From positions 45,074,001 through 45,138,000 of the forward strand of contig OX597834.1 in the NCBI GenBank assembly GCA_951406725.2: a stretch of 64,000 nt of DNA, read 5' to 3'. Origin of the DNA: Octopus vulgaris. Taxonomy: Eukaryota. Under the pieces are notes generated by a model, which was not told the origin of the DNA, did not search any database, and worked only from the letters and a program-made list of their open reading frames with translations. Positions 1 to 15,561 of the stretch are shown one piece after another. Numbering within the stretch: the stretch's first letter is position 1; each line of letters starts with the position of its first letter. Both the position numbers and the translations under genes were made by a program.

Positions 1-87
1 AAATAGGACAAACAAAATAATAGTCGAATCAAAGATGGAGGAATCAAACATATATGTTAAATAGGATATTTATAGGTAATCACGGCT

Positions 88-118
88 GTCTGAGGATCGG
101 TAACTTGAAACTCTGAAA
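88..118 (+). ncRNA. Degenerate hammerhead-like motif (Penelope/Naiad pLTR style)
   Basis: gtCTGAGGAtcggtaacttGAAActctga has the CUGANGA and GAAA core boxes, but stems II and III pair poorly. Confidence 0.3.
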
Positions 119-239
119 AATAAACTATGAAATCTTTTCACATTTTATTTATAATGTGAAATATTGAATATACAAATTGCTTGGTTACATACTAATACTC
201 TTACATCATGTATACGTATATTATATACACCTACATACA

Positions 240-370
240 AGGCGGCGTGGTAGCAGAATCGTTAGCAACCCCGGGCAAAATGCTTAGGAGCATTTCATCT
301 ACTGTTACGTTCTGAGTTGAAATTCCACCGAGGTCGACTTTTGCCATTCATTCTTTCGAAGTCGAGAAAT
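240..370 (+). mobile_element. SINE family B, 5' part
   Basis: aggcggcgtggtagcagaatcgttagc...gttctgagttgaaattccaccgaggtcgactttt, matching more than 10 other copies in the window; tRNA-like A/B boxes. Confidence 0.85.
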
Positions 371-397
371 ATATTGGGGAGATGGTAATTAACCAAG

Positions 398-473
398 TGG
401 GGGGGGGGGTTAATTGTCCTGGGGTTCGTTGCCGTCGGGGGAATTGTCCCATGGGGGGGGGGGGTAATTGTCC
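398..473. repeat. G-run/AATTGTCC minisatellite (3 units)
   Basis: G(5-12)-(t)aattgtcc repeated three times. Confidence 0.8.
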
Positions 474-1359
474 TGAAACATTTTATGGTGTATGTTTTTT
501 TGTATTTTGTCCTGTAATTGTCTCTCGTGTGTTTACGTATTTTCAATCGTTAGTGTTGTCCTTTACTTAATATATATAGTTTTATGTATATATATCTAAT
601 TCTATATTTACATGTTTAATTATATCAGAGGAAATCATATGTATGTACATATACATACATTTTCATATAACGTATGTTATATAAATAAACATTGAATATT
701 GAATCATAAAATATATATGTATGTATATCTGTGTGTATGTATGCTATTCATTTATAAGGCTATACAAACGACATAAATATATATTTAAATATATATATGT
801 GCATATATAGAAGCATATATATATATATATATATATCTGTAGGTGCACGCGCGAGTGTGTGTGCATGTGTATTGTGCATGGATGAATTAGTTTATAATAA
901 ATTATTCATTTCTGTTCCTCTGAAATACAAGATATGGTATCTTAAGTGAATCTAACTTCAAGTATCACGCAGGTGATAATGGGATAAAAATGGAAGAAAT
1001 AAAGGAATTACTGCTGTAGGCGACACGAAACGAGGCAGATAAAATTTCATTGTGATAATGTTCTGTGACAAATGAAAGGTCGAAATACCACAAGGATATG
1101 TTGGTTTTCCACTTGCTCACGTGAGGTATGATAATAGGAATTCGCGTTATCACAAAAAGGATTTTTTCATGGATTATCAATAGAATGGAAGTCCCATGGT
1201 TCAGGTGGAACTGACAGCGAATCAGCTTTTGTAATATATAGTAAACCTAGGTTTTGACTGAGGCATTTTTGACGAAATATCATGTCCTGGAGTGATAATT
1301 TGCTTTATTATCAATTTATAGAGGAAAATAACATTTGGCTCTCTATTTTAGAATTTTTT

Positions 1360-1488
1360 TTATATATACAACTATGTGTATACGTACATATATACACATA
1401 CATATGCATTTATGCTTGTATTTCCCTGTATATACATATCAATCTAAATATCTAAATACATACATGACCATATGTATATATATACATA

Positions 1489-1537
<49 letters not shown>

Positions 1538-1636
1538 GTGTATATATAAACATATACATATATATATATACATGTATATATGTATATATATATATCTGTT
1601 TACATATACATGTATACGTAAATGTATATGTACATG

Positions 1637-1674
<38 letters not shown>

Positions 1675-1752
1675 TATGTATATAAATATATATATATATA
1701 TACATATGTGTGTACATATAAATACTTATATACATATATATGTATGTGTACA

Positions 1753-1827
<75 letters not shown>

Positions 1828-1830
1828 GCA
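1360..1830. repeat. Compound (TA)n/(TACA)n/(TG)n microsatellite, representative of dozens of similar tracts
   Basis: Directly visible dinucleotide arrays. Confidence 0.95.
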
Positions 1831-2097
1831 TATCCACTCAAGGTAGCATACACTTTTATGTTGCACATTTCGAGGCTGCTTCCTTGTTCAACATTTATAC
1901 CGTGTATTCCCGTTATACAGATGGGCAAAAGAGGAAAACCTGGTGTATTAAGGTATCTGGTTTCTCGGGTGTTTTATGATATAGATGAAGACATAAATTC
2001 TAAAAATTGGTGATATGTTTCTGATTAGTAAACCACGTAATAGTAATGGGAAATTATATATATATATATATATACCTATATATATATATATACCTAC

Positions 2098-2129
<32 letters not shown>

Positions 2130-2285
2130 GTATGTATATATACATATATATACATATGTATACATATATATATATATGTGTGTGTGTGTAGATATAAATA
2201 TAGATATGCTTATATAGATAGAGATAGAAATAGAAATATATAGATCTATATAAATATAGAGATGTATGTATGTATGTATGCATGC

Positions 2286-2351
<66 letters not shown>

Positions 2352-3162
2352 TCTTATGTGGTGCCGCAATTACGAAATTCTATTCTATGGTTGCAAAAAA
2401 AAAAGTAGTGCCTGAATGTCGAATGGAAATTGCATCGAATCTGTATGACCAATTCTATGGTTTCTGGGGCTATAGAAATATCTTCAGCCAGAGAAGGCGT
2501 TTCATATTATATGCTTTATTTAAATCGCTAGATTCTATGCTGTATTGTATACGAAAATTGTGGGGTTAGAAAAACGGTCTTTGTATATGACTGTGATATT
2601 TGTGCATTTGCGAATCAGGTTTAATATTCGCATAGATAATATATAGCATATTTATGTATATATCAATAAATGTGAGTGCCTGTCTGTGAATGCTTACGTA
2701 TAAATTTCTGTACATACACACAAGTACACACGCCCCCACGATCACTTATGCGCATATATACACATATATATTTAGATATACGTACGTTCGTATTTCAGTA
2801 TGTGTGTGCGCGGGTGTGTACGAAAGTATTTGCTTCTAAGAGCTCCCAAACAGTATGACCGCACCTTCGATCGTTGTATGCGCATTCACTTAAATCTTAT
2901 TCCTTTATGTACTAGAATACATTAATGTACGTATCAGCGTCAGGTACTATATACTTTTACAGGTGTTCGTGATTATTCATCAGGCGTTTAGAGATATACA
3001 ACTATAATTTATACACTCACAGGAACACACATATACACACACACGTACACACACATACACACACGAATACGCATGTGTATGTATCAATATATCTATATAT
3101 ATGAACCTATTCATACACACACACATATATATACATATATATAAATATATATATAAAAATAT

Positions 3163-3213
<51 letters not shown>

Positions 3214-3394
3214 TATATGTCGAATACATATACGTATCACGCATGTACATACTCATGAATATATTTGAATATATATATATATATATATACATATATAAAC
3301 ACACACATATGTGTGTGTATGTATTTATACGAACACACATATGTATGTATATATATATACATATATACATACATACATGCATACACACACACAG

Positions 3395-3440
<46 letters not shown>

Positions 3441-4259
3441 CAGAGAATAAAAGAAATGCTATCAAAGTATTGCCACAGATATGCAGAAATACGCGGATGT
3501 ATGAATTGCTTGTGCGTAACGAGAACGATAATAGACGTTTGCTCAACATTTATCACGTAGTGGTAGTGAAAACACAAAAGCGATTTTAATGGTTGGTTGG
3601 TTGCAGTTCTTGCTACAAATTCGTGCATTTCGAGAACACTGTGTCTCTCCATTCCATCTCATTAGACATACACTAACTTTCGCTGTATACTTTCATGCTG
3701 CCTGTCAACAATAAATTCATGCTCTTCTCTCGTGTCTTTATTGGAATTATTTTAATGCAGCAATATAAATTTTAGTGTTATCGCGTCACTGTATGACAAT
3801 TATCTCTTCTTTGTTAGAACTCTCTAATGTTTAATTATTCACACAATATATCAACCGATCAATCAGCGATACAATCAATCAATCAATCAGTCAATGAATC
3901 AATCAATAATAACAGTGTAATAATTGCCTCTCTTTACTGTACGTCCTCCTGTGTGTATCTCTCGCCATGTGTGTCCTCGCGTGTTTTTGCGTCAGCATAT
4001 ACCGCTATACGCATGTATATCTTTGCGCCTTCGTGCATATATATCTGCTTCTGTTCATCACTGAGTGCGAATGTGTGTCTGTGCGTAAGTGTCTGTGTGT
4101 GTGCGTGTGTGTGTCCCTATATGTGTATTGTTTACTTTATTTACAATCAAGCCATGGCGCAATTTATTATCCTTTAATTGACATTATTGTGTGGTTATGC
4201 ATCGGTGTGTGTGTACATATTGATGCTACTATACAATTGTGTAATCCTATATTAATCGA

Positions 4260-4359
<100 letters not shown>

Positions 4360-4378
4360 GTATGTATTTATATATATG

Positions 4379-4419
<41 letters not shown>

Positions 4420-4622
4420 TTTATATATGCACATGATATATATATACAGATATACAGATAAGCAAAAAAATACATAAACTGATAGATAGATAGAGTTTAG
4501 TAACTTAGCTAGACATAGAAATACATAACTAAATAGAGATACATAGTGGGAGACATATCTTTACATATATATATATATGCATATATATATATGTTTATAT
4601 GCATGTTTATATATATATGTGT

Positions 4623-4669
<47 letters not shown>

Positions 4670-5164
4670 TATGTATGTATGCATGTGTAATTAGATAGAT
4701 AAATATATTGATAGATAGATATATAGATAAATAAATAAATAATATATATGTATGGAAATCAATAAATCGATATGTTATTTATCACAAGAAAGCATGGTGA
4801 ACAACAGGCAGTCGCCCCACTTTGTTTGAGAAGGAATATTTGTCAATAGGTGATCAACAATGGTAGGTCATTAGCGCCATTGTCTCACTTATACTTTCAC
4901 AAAAACACACACAACCACACACATTCACATACACTCAAATCAAAACTCTTATACACAAACACTCTCATACACAAACACACTCATACGCACACGCACACAC
5001 ACACATATATACAAACAATGCAGCCCGGTGTTGCCCGGGTGTTATGACATGCAGACCCATTGAATTATTTATTCCTTTCTTGTGGACAGAATCGTAACAC
5101 GCGGAGTATGAAGCAAGAAACTCTTCTGTATGAAATTGTTTTTCGGTCATTTTATGATTAACAG

Positions 5165-5290
5165 CGCTGCAGTTTCCGTCTACCAAATTCAATCTGTAGT
5201 TGGTCTAGGGCTATAGCAGAAAACACTTGCCCAAGGTACTATGTAGAGGGGCTAAACATGGGACGATGTGGTTGGGAAGCATTCCTGCAC
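5165..5290 (-). mobile_element. SINE family A, degenerate 5' half
   Basis: cagtttccgtctaccaaatt...gctatagcagaaaacacttgcccaagg is the reverse complement of the family A body. Confidence 0.7.
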
Positions 5291-6035
5291 CTAATATGCT
5301 TAGGCGTGTGTGTGTGTGTGTGTGTCTATGAGTGTGAAGTAGCGAAACAAAATCGACCAAGGTGTTGCAAAGAGGGACATATATTTTATGTTAATTTTCT
5401 GATCTCATTTGCGTTTCATTTGGGATCATTCTATGACATACACACGACATACATCGTCCTGCTTTATTTAGAACAACAGGAATATGTGCATAAATTATTT
5501 AGATGTTTGAATATGGTGAGAGATGCAAAGACTATGTCATAGAGATACACTGTATCGTATACGGTGTGTAGATTAATGTATATTTTGTGAAATAGAATCT
5601 GCATCTTCCATTAAGAATGCTTGTTCATATGAGTGTGTATCTGTGTGTGCCTGCGCTCGTGCGTGCGCGTGTGCATTCGTACATAGCTGCCTTTTCCTTG
5701 CAGAACTTGTCAACTTCTTGTACAAACAATTGCTCTTTTCTTGCGTGAGATCTGAAATGACTTCTGAGCCCTGAAAGGCATTCCAAGAGCTGATCACAAC
5801 CACTGCTGCAACGTCTAATTTCAGCGTCTTCTCCATTTTACGCTTGTTCATTATGAATGGTCGAGCGCCACTTCAATCCTCCACATAGCTTGAAGATGGC
5901 TGACAGGCATGGCATTAAAATTGGTCATCCAGAATGAGATTCCAAAGTTCAAGTATCCCTTAACCGCATCGGCTCACAGGTCTCATCAAATGCCAGCTTT
6001 CAATTTGCATTCATTTGTGCGTAAGGAAAATTGAA

Positions 6036-6077
<42 letters not shown>

Positions 6078-6429
6078 CTCTCGACGCTATTGATATTAAT
6101 AACATTTTTACAAACTGTTCTTTTCGTTTCACGTTGCTTAACTCTGACAAGCTCAAAATCTTTAACACCGATCCAAATTGTTACTCTGTATTTGTAAGTG
6201 ATTCAATAATTTTGTATCATAATTTAAGGTGCTTCTGATTTGATTTAAAGACTGTTCGATTTTCTTCGGTTCAATATATTTTCTCTTTCTCAATATAAAA
6301 CAACCGTAACTCTTTTGTTTGGGGACATATTCATCACCCATAACGATGAGACGGTTTGTTCATATGCATATATACATACATACATACATACATACATGCA
6401 TACATACATACATACATGCATACATACAT

Positions 6430-6495
<66 letters not shown>

Positions 6496-6497
<2 letters not shown>

Positions 6498-6782
6498 ATG
6501 ATCGTCCATACAAATATAATTTGCAGAACTGCACACCAGACATCAACACGAGATGGAATATATATGCAGTTCTACCTATTACACTTGTAGTTATTTTTCA
6601 AACAGGCAAAGGCTACTGCAGTAAATTATTTTACGCAGTATAATTTCCGGTAATGTAGCGCGTCAAAACGAAGACTTTTGAAAAATAACCACAAGTGTTA
6701 TAGGTAGAACTACATACATATTCGACCTCGTGTTGATGTCCGATGTGTAGTTCTGTAATTATATTTGTATGGACGATCATAC
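6496..6782. mobile_element. Fold-back / MITE-like element with arms of about 105 bp
   Basis: gtatgatcgtccatacaaatataat...gttatttttcaaa (6496-6602) is the imperfect reverse complement of tttgaaaaataacc...tatttgtatggacgatcatac (6677-6782). Confidence 0.85.
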
Positions 6783-6994
6783 TGAAGATCTACAGATAAA
6801 TTGCGTAAGTAAAATTACGTAATTTGTTGATAGTGAAACATTTGTTTATGATTAATCTATATTTTTGTTACTTTCATTTGTCTTGCTCGCTTACGTTTCT
6901 GGTGTTTGCTAAATTTTCTAGAGAACGATTCTTAGGGGTAAGACCATAGCGCATATTCTTCTAGCGTAATGGTTTCCACACAGTGGTAATTCCC

Positions 6995-7576
<582 letters not shown>

Positions 7577-7599
7577 TATGTTTATATATGTATGATATG

Positions 7600-7636
<37 letters not shown>

Positions 7637-7686
<50 letters not shown>

Positions 7687-7737
7687 CATATATACATACA
7701 TACATACATACATACATACATACATACATACATACAT
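7637..7737. repeat. (GATA)n(TACA)n microsatellite
   Basis: Visible tetranucleotide arrays. Confidence 0.95.
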
Positions 7738-8458
7738 GGATGGATGAATTATCCTTTGATTACAGTTAACACGGAAAATAGGGTAGCAAAATTCACGCAA
7801 GTAACAAGGATTCAGCAACCTATTCAAAGGTGGAAACTCCGGGTTAATGTGTATATATTACTATATATATACACACACAAACATATATCCATGTATATGT
7901 AAGTATATATATCAATGAATGTAAATGTGTGGATGTATCTATACAATATGCTTATTTTCAAACACAAAGACACATACTTTCAGTATATTCAGTGTATTCC
8001 TGGGACAAACATGTCTGTAAACACGAGGAATTCACCAAAATCATAGCAGTTTACTGGAATACTTATATAACGGCTTAGTATATACTTATATACACACACA
8101 AGTGTGTTTTTTCTCTATATATATATATCTATTCATACAATAATGTGTGTGCATACATTTATATATGTATATATGGCAGCATATATATATATATATGTAT
8201 ATATACAAACACACGCACACATACGCACAGAATTTAATACATCAGCAGCTGTGAATTTTTCCATCTCTATCTGTCAGTCTGTGTGAGTGCTTGTGTGTCA
8301 GTGTTTTTCCGTGTGTATATGGCCGGGTGTATTTCTGTGGTTTTCTGTATGGGTATTTTTGTAGCGATGTCCTTTTTATCTACGCATGTTTGTTTATCAC
8401 TTGTGTACAAACACACATAAAAACATACATAAATACATATACATATATATATCTATGC

Positions 8459-8513
<55 letters not shown>

Positions 8514-8530
8514 CACACACATATGTATAC

Positions 8531-8568
<38 letters not shown>

Positions 8569-8572
8569 GTAT

Positions 8573-8621
<49 letters not shown>

Positions 8622-8675
8622 CTCTAAAACCTATTACTGAAGCAAAAGTATGTGTGTGTGTGTGTGAATTTTGTG

Positions 8676-8710
<35 letters not shown>

Positions 8711-9299
8711 ACGAGCAGTGAAAGCGAGACCAAACTAAATTTACAATGTTTCGTTATTTACACATTATCTGCTCTAGTCATCTTTTTTTCCATTTTCTAA
8801 TTATCTCTTCACAACCTATCAGATACAAATATATTACCAGCACTCGCTAGCAATGAACTGTTAATATAAATCCTTCAAACAGCTTAACAACCCCATTATC
8901 GCACGGCCGCTACAAGCACTATCACCGCCATCTTTGATTCATGTGTATCATTTATGTTTTCTCTTGACGTTGTTTGTTTGCTGTTCACTGAATTTATTTT
9001 TAAAAATTTTAATACGAAATAGAAGTGCGGGTATTTTTACGCTCGGAAAGGCAGTTCAGTTAATTGCTTTTCGATTGACATATGGCTGTATGTTTCTATG
9101 TAAACATAAATTATGCTTATCTTTATATGTATACACACAGATAGAAGGACGGAGTCGCAGGCAGGCAGGCAGAAAGGCAGACAGTGATACAAGCAAATAT
9201 ATAAAGGTTTACATACATAGATGGTTGGATAGATAAATGTATAAAGAGATAGATAAGTGGATGGATAAATAGTTAGACAGATAATAGGACAGGTAGATT

Positions 9300-9309
9300 G
9301 ATAGATAGT

Positions 9310-9344
<35 letters not shown>

Positions 9345-9389
9345 TTAGATAGATAGATGGATAGATAGATAGATAGTTAGATAGATAGG

Positions 9390-9441
<52 letters not shown>

Positions 9442-9454
9442 GAGATAGATAGAG

Positions 9455-9487
<33 letters not shown>
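9300..9487. repeat. (GATA)n microsatellite
   Basis: Visible array. Confidence 0.95.
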
Positions 9488-9488
<1 letters not shown>

Positions 9489-9595
9489 GTTGATTACCTT
9501 CCTGACTGTAATTTCAAATTTTAATTTGAGCAGCCACCTGTCAGTTGAAAAATCGGATGAAAAGTTGTTTATATACACGCTCACACACACATACA

Positions 9596-9716
<121 letters not shown>

Positions 9717-9776
9717 GTGTGTTTGTCAGTATGTATGTGTAATATGTGTTTGTGTGTATTTATATATATGTATATA

Positions 9777-9828
<52 letters not shown>

Positions 9829-11357
9829 TGTGTGTGTGTGTGTGTGTGTGTGTAGTTACAAACATTGATACATATGTACCAAAGATTTATGCTTTCTCAT
9901 TCACCTCACTTGACTCAGTACACAATTTGAATACAACCGATTGTTTATGAAGTAAATACACCCACAATCTTATCGAGAAAAACAATAAATTTCGGATAGA
10001 AAAAATCTCCTATATTCCTACATTTCTTGTCAACAGTATAGAAATTATGGCAACCTAGATTAAAGCGGGATGGCGGCTCTTTGGGTCTATTTTAATCTAG
10101 AATGTAATCATTTCCCTCTTTCGTTTACAATGAGAAAATGGAATTCGAGTTTATCCTCCCAAACGTTTATGCTCTCCCCATGCGCGAAACGATTTATGAC
10201 AGACGTGTCTCAGCGATGCGATTAGCGGATTTAAACAGATTATCGATACTGGCAACGATTCCTTGAGACATCTGGATTTATAATTTCACTTTAAGCTGTC
10301 CCGCTCCGTAATCCTTAATCCTATAGCCGTCAACGCATTGTCTTTGGAAACAGTTTGATTTTTTGGTGTCTTTTTCTTTTTTCTTTTCCCTTTTACCTCT
10401 TCAGATTGAAAATGATAACACACCCGTAACTGTATTTTCTTTTATTTATTAATTAGGTGATTTGGGTAAATTAAGTAAACTTAATATGACTGATATTTTG
10501 ATCATCACGTCGAATGTTTGTATTTTGGAGAAAGATGTTTAGAATCTAGAAGCATAATATAGGAAGAAGCTTTTTAATCTAACCGTCCAACAATCCGTGC
10601 AACCAGATGTCCACCCATCCATGTATCCAGGTATCCACCTATCAATCCATCCACTATTGCTCTCTCCGTCTTTATATTCATCCATCTTCTCCGCCAGTTA
10701 TATCCTAGAACGTTCGAGGGAGTGGGTACCTTATCAGAAACAACATATCTTCCATCCCAGAAATAACAGTTATTAAAGGGTTTGCTGGATTCCCAAGTGT
10801 GACAAACTAAGGTTACCCTATTCGTTATATCCAAACATCTCACTCTTGGTCTACCTCTGTGTCACTTCCTCTTTTGTATGCCTCTTTCTCTCTTTTCCGT
10901 CCTCTCACGTGACTGCCTCCAAACTGGTCTTTCCGGCTTGACCGCTGCCATGTTAACACTGTCGTCTTCGTTTGCCGCAAAGGCATTTTTTCAAATACGC
11001 CAGCCAAGATAAGTTTAAAATTGTCTGTAGTCGTAAGACATCCGCTGTTTTGTCCTGTTATTACAATTCTTGTTTTTTATTTCTATTTTTTGTTTCTTGT
11101 ATTTCTATTCGTGTGGCATCCTGTCCTTGTTTCGTATACCATCGATCCTCTTTCCAAGAAATCTAATGCCCGTAGCTTAGTTTTTCTTTGGGGCTGGCCG
11201 TATCGGAGCGATATCAGGATTAATCAGCCGAAATTGCTAAGATGATCCGCTTCCCGACTGAAGATTAGAGGCTTCGAATGACCCGTCTATTTTTTTGTGT
11301 CGTCTCTTTGTGTGTTTTTGCGTTCTTGTTCCATTTTGTAATTTATATTTAATTTCT

Positions 11358-11431
<74 letters not shown>

Positions 11432-11435
11432 CACT

Positions 11436-11545
11436 TTTTGAGTTCAAGTACTGCCGAGGCCAGCTTTGATTTTCATTCATTTATGGTCGATTAAATAAAA
11501 TACTATTCAAGTAGTAGGTTCGACATAATCGACTTGCTTTCTCCT
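11436..11545 (+). mobile_element. SINE family B, degenerate internal fragment
   Basis: gagttcaagtactgccgaggccagctttgattttcatt...ggtcgattaaataa. Confidence 0.6.
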
Positions 11546-11702
11546 CCACATAAAGTTTTCAGCCTTCAATCCCTACACGGATCGGCGTTCCGTTCAGTCG
11601 CAATGTTGTGATCTCGGTGGTTTATACGCCATAGAAAACGGGTAAACGCTTATATGGGTCATAGAGCTGAAAAAGAAAGCAAACAATATCATTTTCATCA
11701 CT

Positions 11703-11895
11703 AAGGTGGCGAGCTGGCAGAATCAGTAGCACACCGGGCGAAATGCTAAGTGGCACTTCGTCTTAGCGTTGTGAGCTCAAATTCCATCGAGGTCGACTTT
11801 CGGCGTCGATAAAATAAGTAGCAGTCAAGCACTAGGGGTCACTGTAATCAATTAGGCCCCTCCCCCGAAATTGCTGGCCTTGTGCCAATAATATT
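11703..11895 (+). mobile_element. SINE family B
   Basis: aaggtggcgagctggcagaatc...gaggtcgacttt...gaaattgctggccttgtgcc. Confidence 0.85.
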
Positions 11896-12662
11896 TTGAT
11901 CACTTGTCGAAAGTTTGAGACCCACATTCAATCAGAAAGAATATTTAATTACTACATGATAGTCTCCACATGAACTCATAGGTGCGTTAGTAAATATTGT
12001 GCGTTAGTAAGTTCGTATGTGTGTGCGTGTGAGTGTGTGTATGTGTGTGTATGTGTGTGTATGTGAGAGCGTTGCTGTGCAATTTCGTGTTTGTGTAATT
12101 GTATTTATTTGTAAAGACGTTCCTGTAACGGCGTACACATCTTATATTTTGACAGAATATGATTGTGTGAGTGTATGTGTGTGCTTTCGTGTATGTGTAT
12201 CTGTATCTGTGTGTAGAAATGCAGCTTTGTGTCTGCTTCGGTCTATCTATCTGTACGTTTGCAATGGCGTGCATGTGTTTATTGTGACACAGTAAGTACA
12301 CGTTTAAATGTGGGTGTCTCTTTTTCTGCATGTGTACCACTGTATATTGCAAATGTTTCTATGTAAATGCTTGTCTAAATCTCAGTATATATATTTCTAT
12401 CGGTGCGTGCTTGTTTTTTTTTTTGGGTGCGTTCGCGCTTGTTTGTGTGCAAGTACGTGTGATTATATCTCTATGTAAACTTGAAAGTGGATATGAGTAT
12501 TAATGTGTGCGTGTGTGTGTGAATGAGACTGTTTTTGTGTATGTGAGATTATGTGTGTATGTATGTACGTATCTGTGTGTTTATGTATAGGTATTAGTAA
12601 TATATGTAATCGTACACATGTACACATGCATACACGCACATACACACACACACTCACACACA

Positions 12663-12713
<51 letters not shown>

Positions 12714-13712
12714 GTATATATTTATATACGCGTGTAGATATAAGTATGGTTACGTGTATATAATGTAGAATATGTCTCAGTAACAATATACGCATGCGCG
12801 TGGTTGTGTATGTTTGTGTGCACAGGTGAAGGTTGTTATCCGCTGAATCTAATTCTCGGGTCTTAGGTGACTGTAAGTCTACCACTTATTGTCATTGCTG
12901 TTGTTGTTGTTGGTGTTGTTGTTTCGTTGTTGTTTTTACTGTAGTTGTTGTTCATGATGATGATGACGATACTAATGATAGCGATGAAAATCATGTTAAT
13001 TGCCATTGATGTTGTTGCTGTTGTAGTTTATTAAATTAAAACGCTATTAATTTGACAGAACAATAAACAGCTAGATACTTAGAGAAGTTTTAATGAAAAT
13101 GTCACCAATGGGTTCTCACGGAGTCGCACTTGAAGGTTTATTACAATATTCACACTGTTTACACACATTTTAAAATAAATATACACGCGCACTCACAAAC
13201 ACATATACACACATATATAATTATATACACAGAGTGTTGGTGTCCTTTCGAATATCGGATACATTGCTTTGCAATAATCGTTCTGGTTCTCTACGCTGCG
13301 AGGTCAAATGCTTCTAACGACAGCTTTGAGTGCATAATTTCAGACATTGCGAACCATATCTCAGGTCCATTTTTCTGGCTCTTTAGATTTCCTTAATGGG
13401 AAATACAGAACAGAGATCTCTCTTTCTCTCTCTGCAGATTCCAAACGGTAACATTACTGATTCAGATGCGCTGAGTAGTGGTTAGAAATAAACGAGCTAC
13501 AATTATGTAATATGTCAGAAGCACATTTTAATTAATCCAAAGTTCCTTGATTGCAAGCCACTTCCTAGCCCTGCTGGTGAGTGACACACACACACACACA
13601 CACACATACACACACACATACACACATACGCACGCACACACGCACACACAGATATATAAATATAGAGACATACAAATATATATATATATACCTGACTTAT
13701 ACTCATTTGCAG

Positions 13713-13790
<78 letters not shown>

Positions 13791-13793
<3 letters not shown>

Positions 13794-13948
13794 TGTGACT
13801 GTGTGGTAAGAAGCTTTATTCCCAACCACATGTTACCGGTTTCATTCCCACTGCGTGGCACTTTGGGTTAGTGTATTCTACTGTAGCCTCGGGCCGGCCA
13901 AATCCTTATGAGTGGATTTGGTAGACGGAAACTGAAAAAAGCCGGCTG
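13791..13948 (+). mobile_element. SINE family A, 5' half
   Basis: ctgtgtggtaagaagc...cccactgcgtggcac...gagtggatttggtagacggaaactgaaa. Confidence 0.85.
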
Positions 13949-15284
13949 TGTATACATACATACAGGCAGATACATATATACATACATATACACACTTATA
14001 TTTTGTACTTTCATCCTTGTAATTGTATTTCATTCTATCTATCTATCCAATACTTTCACCTATTGCCCACAAACGCAATCACATCATCGTCTCTCCCATC
14101 ATGTGTATAAATACCAACTCAGCGAGCTTTTATTCCTTATCGCTTCTTTAGCTCGGTGAATTAATTTCATAGCAACATGGCTGCGAGATTTGGCAAGGAG
14201 ATAAACCATTAGGTCGTATCTCTTTTACCTCATGTTTTGTGTTAAAATTAATTGCTTTTGGACCTGTTGTATTATTTATCTATTTCTTTTATTTTGTTTG
14301 ATTCAATCGAACAGTATTTTCTGATCGCCATACAATGAGTTGGTGTTATTTGAAAAAAAAAATGGGGCAAAAATATACAATATAAAATAAATATCAGAAA
14401 AAGATATAAAAAAAAAGGGAGGCCGCATTAACAGGTCGATAAATAATAATTAAAGATCTATTCACGAAATTCAATTTTTAACAAATTACTCAAACCAAAA
14501 ATATAGTAAATATATAAGAATATAAATAAAATCAAAATAGCGGGAAATAAATAGACATAAAATATATATAATACACACGCTTTGTCGATGTTTATCCATA
14601 CAGAAAAGACCACTAATTCACCTGTATGTGGCTTAAAACAAATAAACCTGAGAAAATATTTAAAAAATTTAGTGAAACAAGAGTATGAGGAATATAAAAA
14701 GTGCCAACCAATTATACATTGAAAAAAAGATGACTAGAAAACTAAAACGAAAAAATGATAAATAAAAAGTTCTTTTAAATTACTGCCAGTAGGAAACGGT
14801 AATAAAATGCTAACAAATATAAAACAAACATCGAATAAAAATATATCAACAACAAAAAGACGACCACATTTAAAATAAAATGAACAAATAAAATAGATTA
14901 AATGAATAGCGGCAGGTATGGCTATAAGCTGACAACTGAGTGGTTTGGGGTTCAAATAACACAGGGCAAGAAATAAAGCAGTGTCTTTTGCACTAGCCCC
15001 TGTGTGTGAGTGAGTGTGTGTATGTGTGTGTGCGTGTGTGTGAATTTTGAACAAACTCATAAGCGCCACATCTGCTGGTAATCTACAGAGAATATAAGAA
15101 TATATGTATGTATAGGGAAACTATATATATATATGTATATATATATGCATACATATATATATACATACATATATATGTATGTATGCATGTACATCTTTAT
15201 TGAGCACCTCATGTATATTTTAGACGCCATATATTTACCTGTAAATGTTTGTGATTATACAGGTGTGTGTGTATGTGTGTACAT

Positions 15285-15500
15285 GTCTTAGTGTTTGTGC
15301 CACTGACAACGCTTGACAACTGAAGGTGGTCTGTTCACTTGCCCATAACAAAGTGGTTCGGCAAAAGAACCCGATATTTTAAGTATTAGAAATAAAATAA
15401 TTAGGACTGGTTTCCATATGTTTGACTAAAAGAAAAAAAAAACTTTAAAGTTTGTGCTACAGCATGACCGTAGTCTAATGACTAAAGCAAATAAGCAGAT
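15285..15500 (+). mobile_element. SINE family A, degenerate 3' half
   Basis: cgcttgacaac...gtggttcggcaaaag...cagcatgaccgtagtctaatgact. Confidence 0.65.
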
Positions 15501-15561
15501 GAAAATAATATAATTGCTTTGTTTATTATGAAAAGAATAAACATGCAAGCAAACCAAGCAA

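Noticed and set aside
10700-11290. Hammerhead-like strings ctgataagg...cgaacgtt (minus strand, about 10705-10740) and ctgaaga...cgaatg (about 11257-11286)
   Set aside because: Cores lack GAAA or G8 and stems do not pair convincingly
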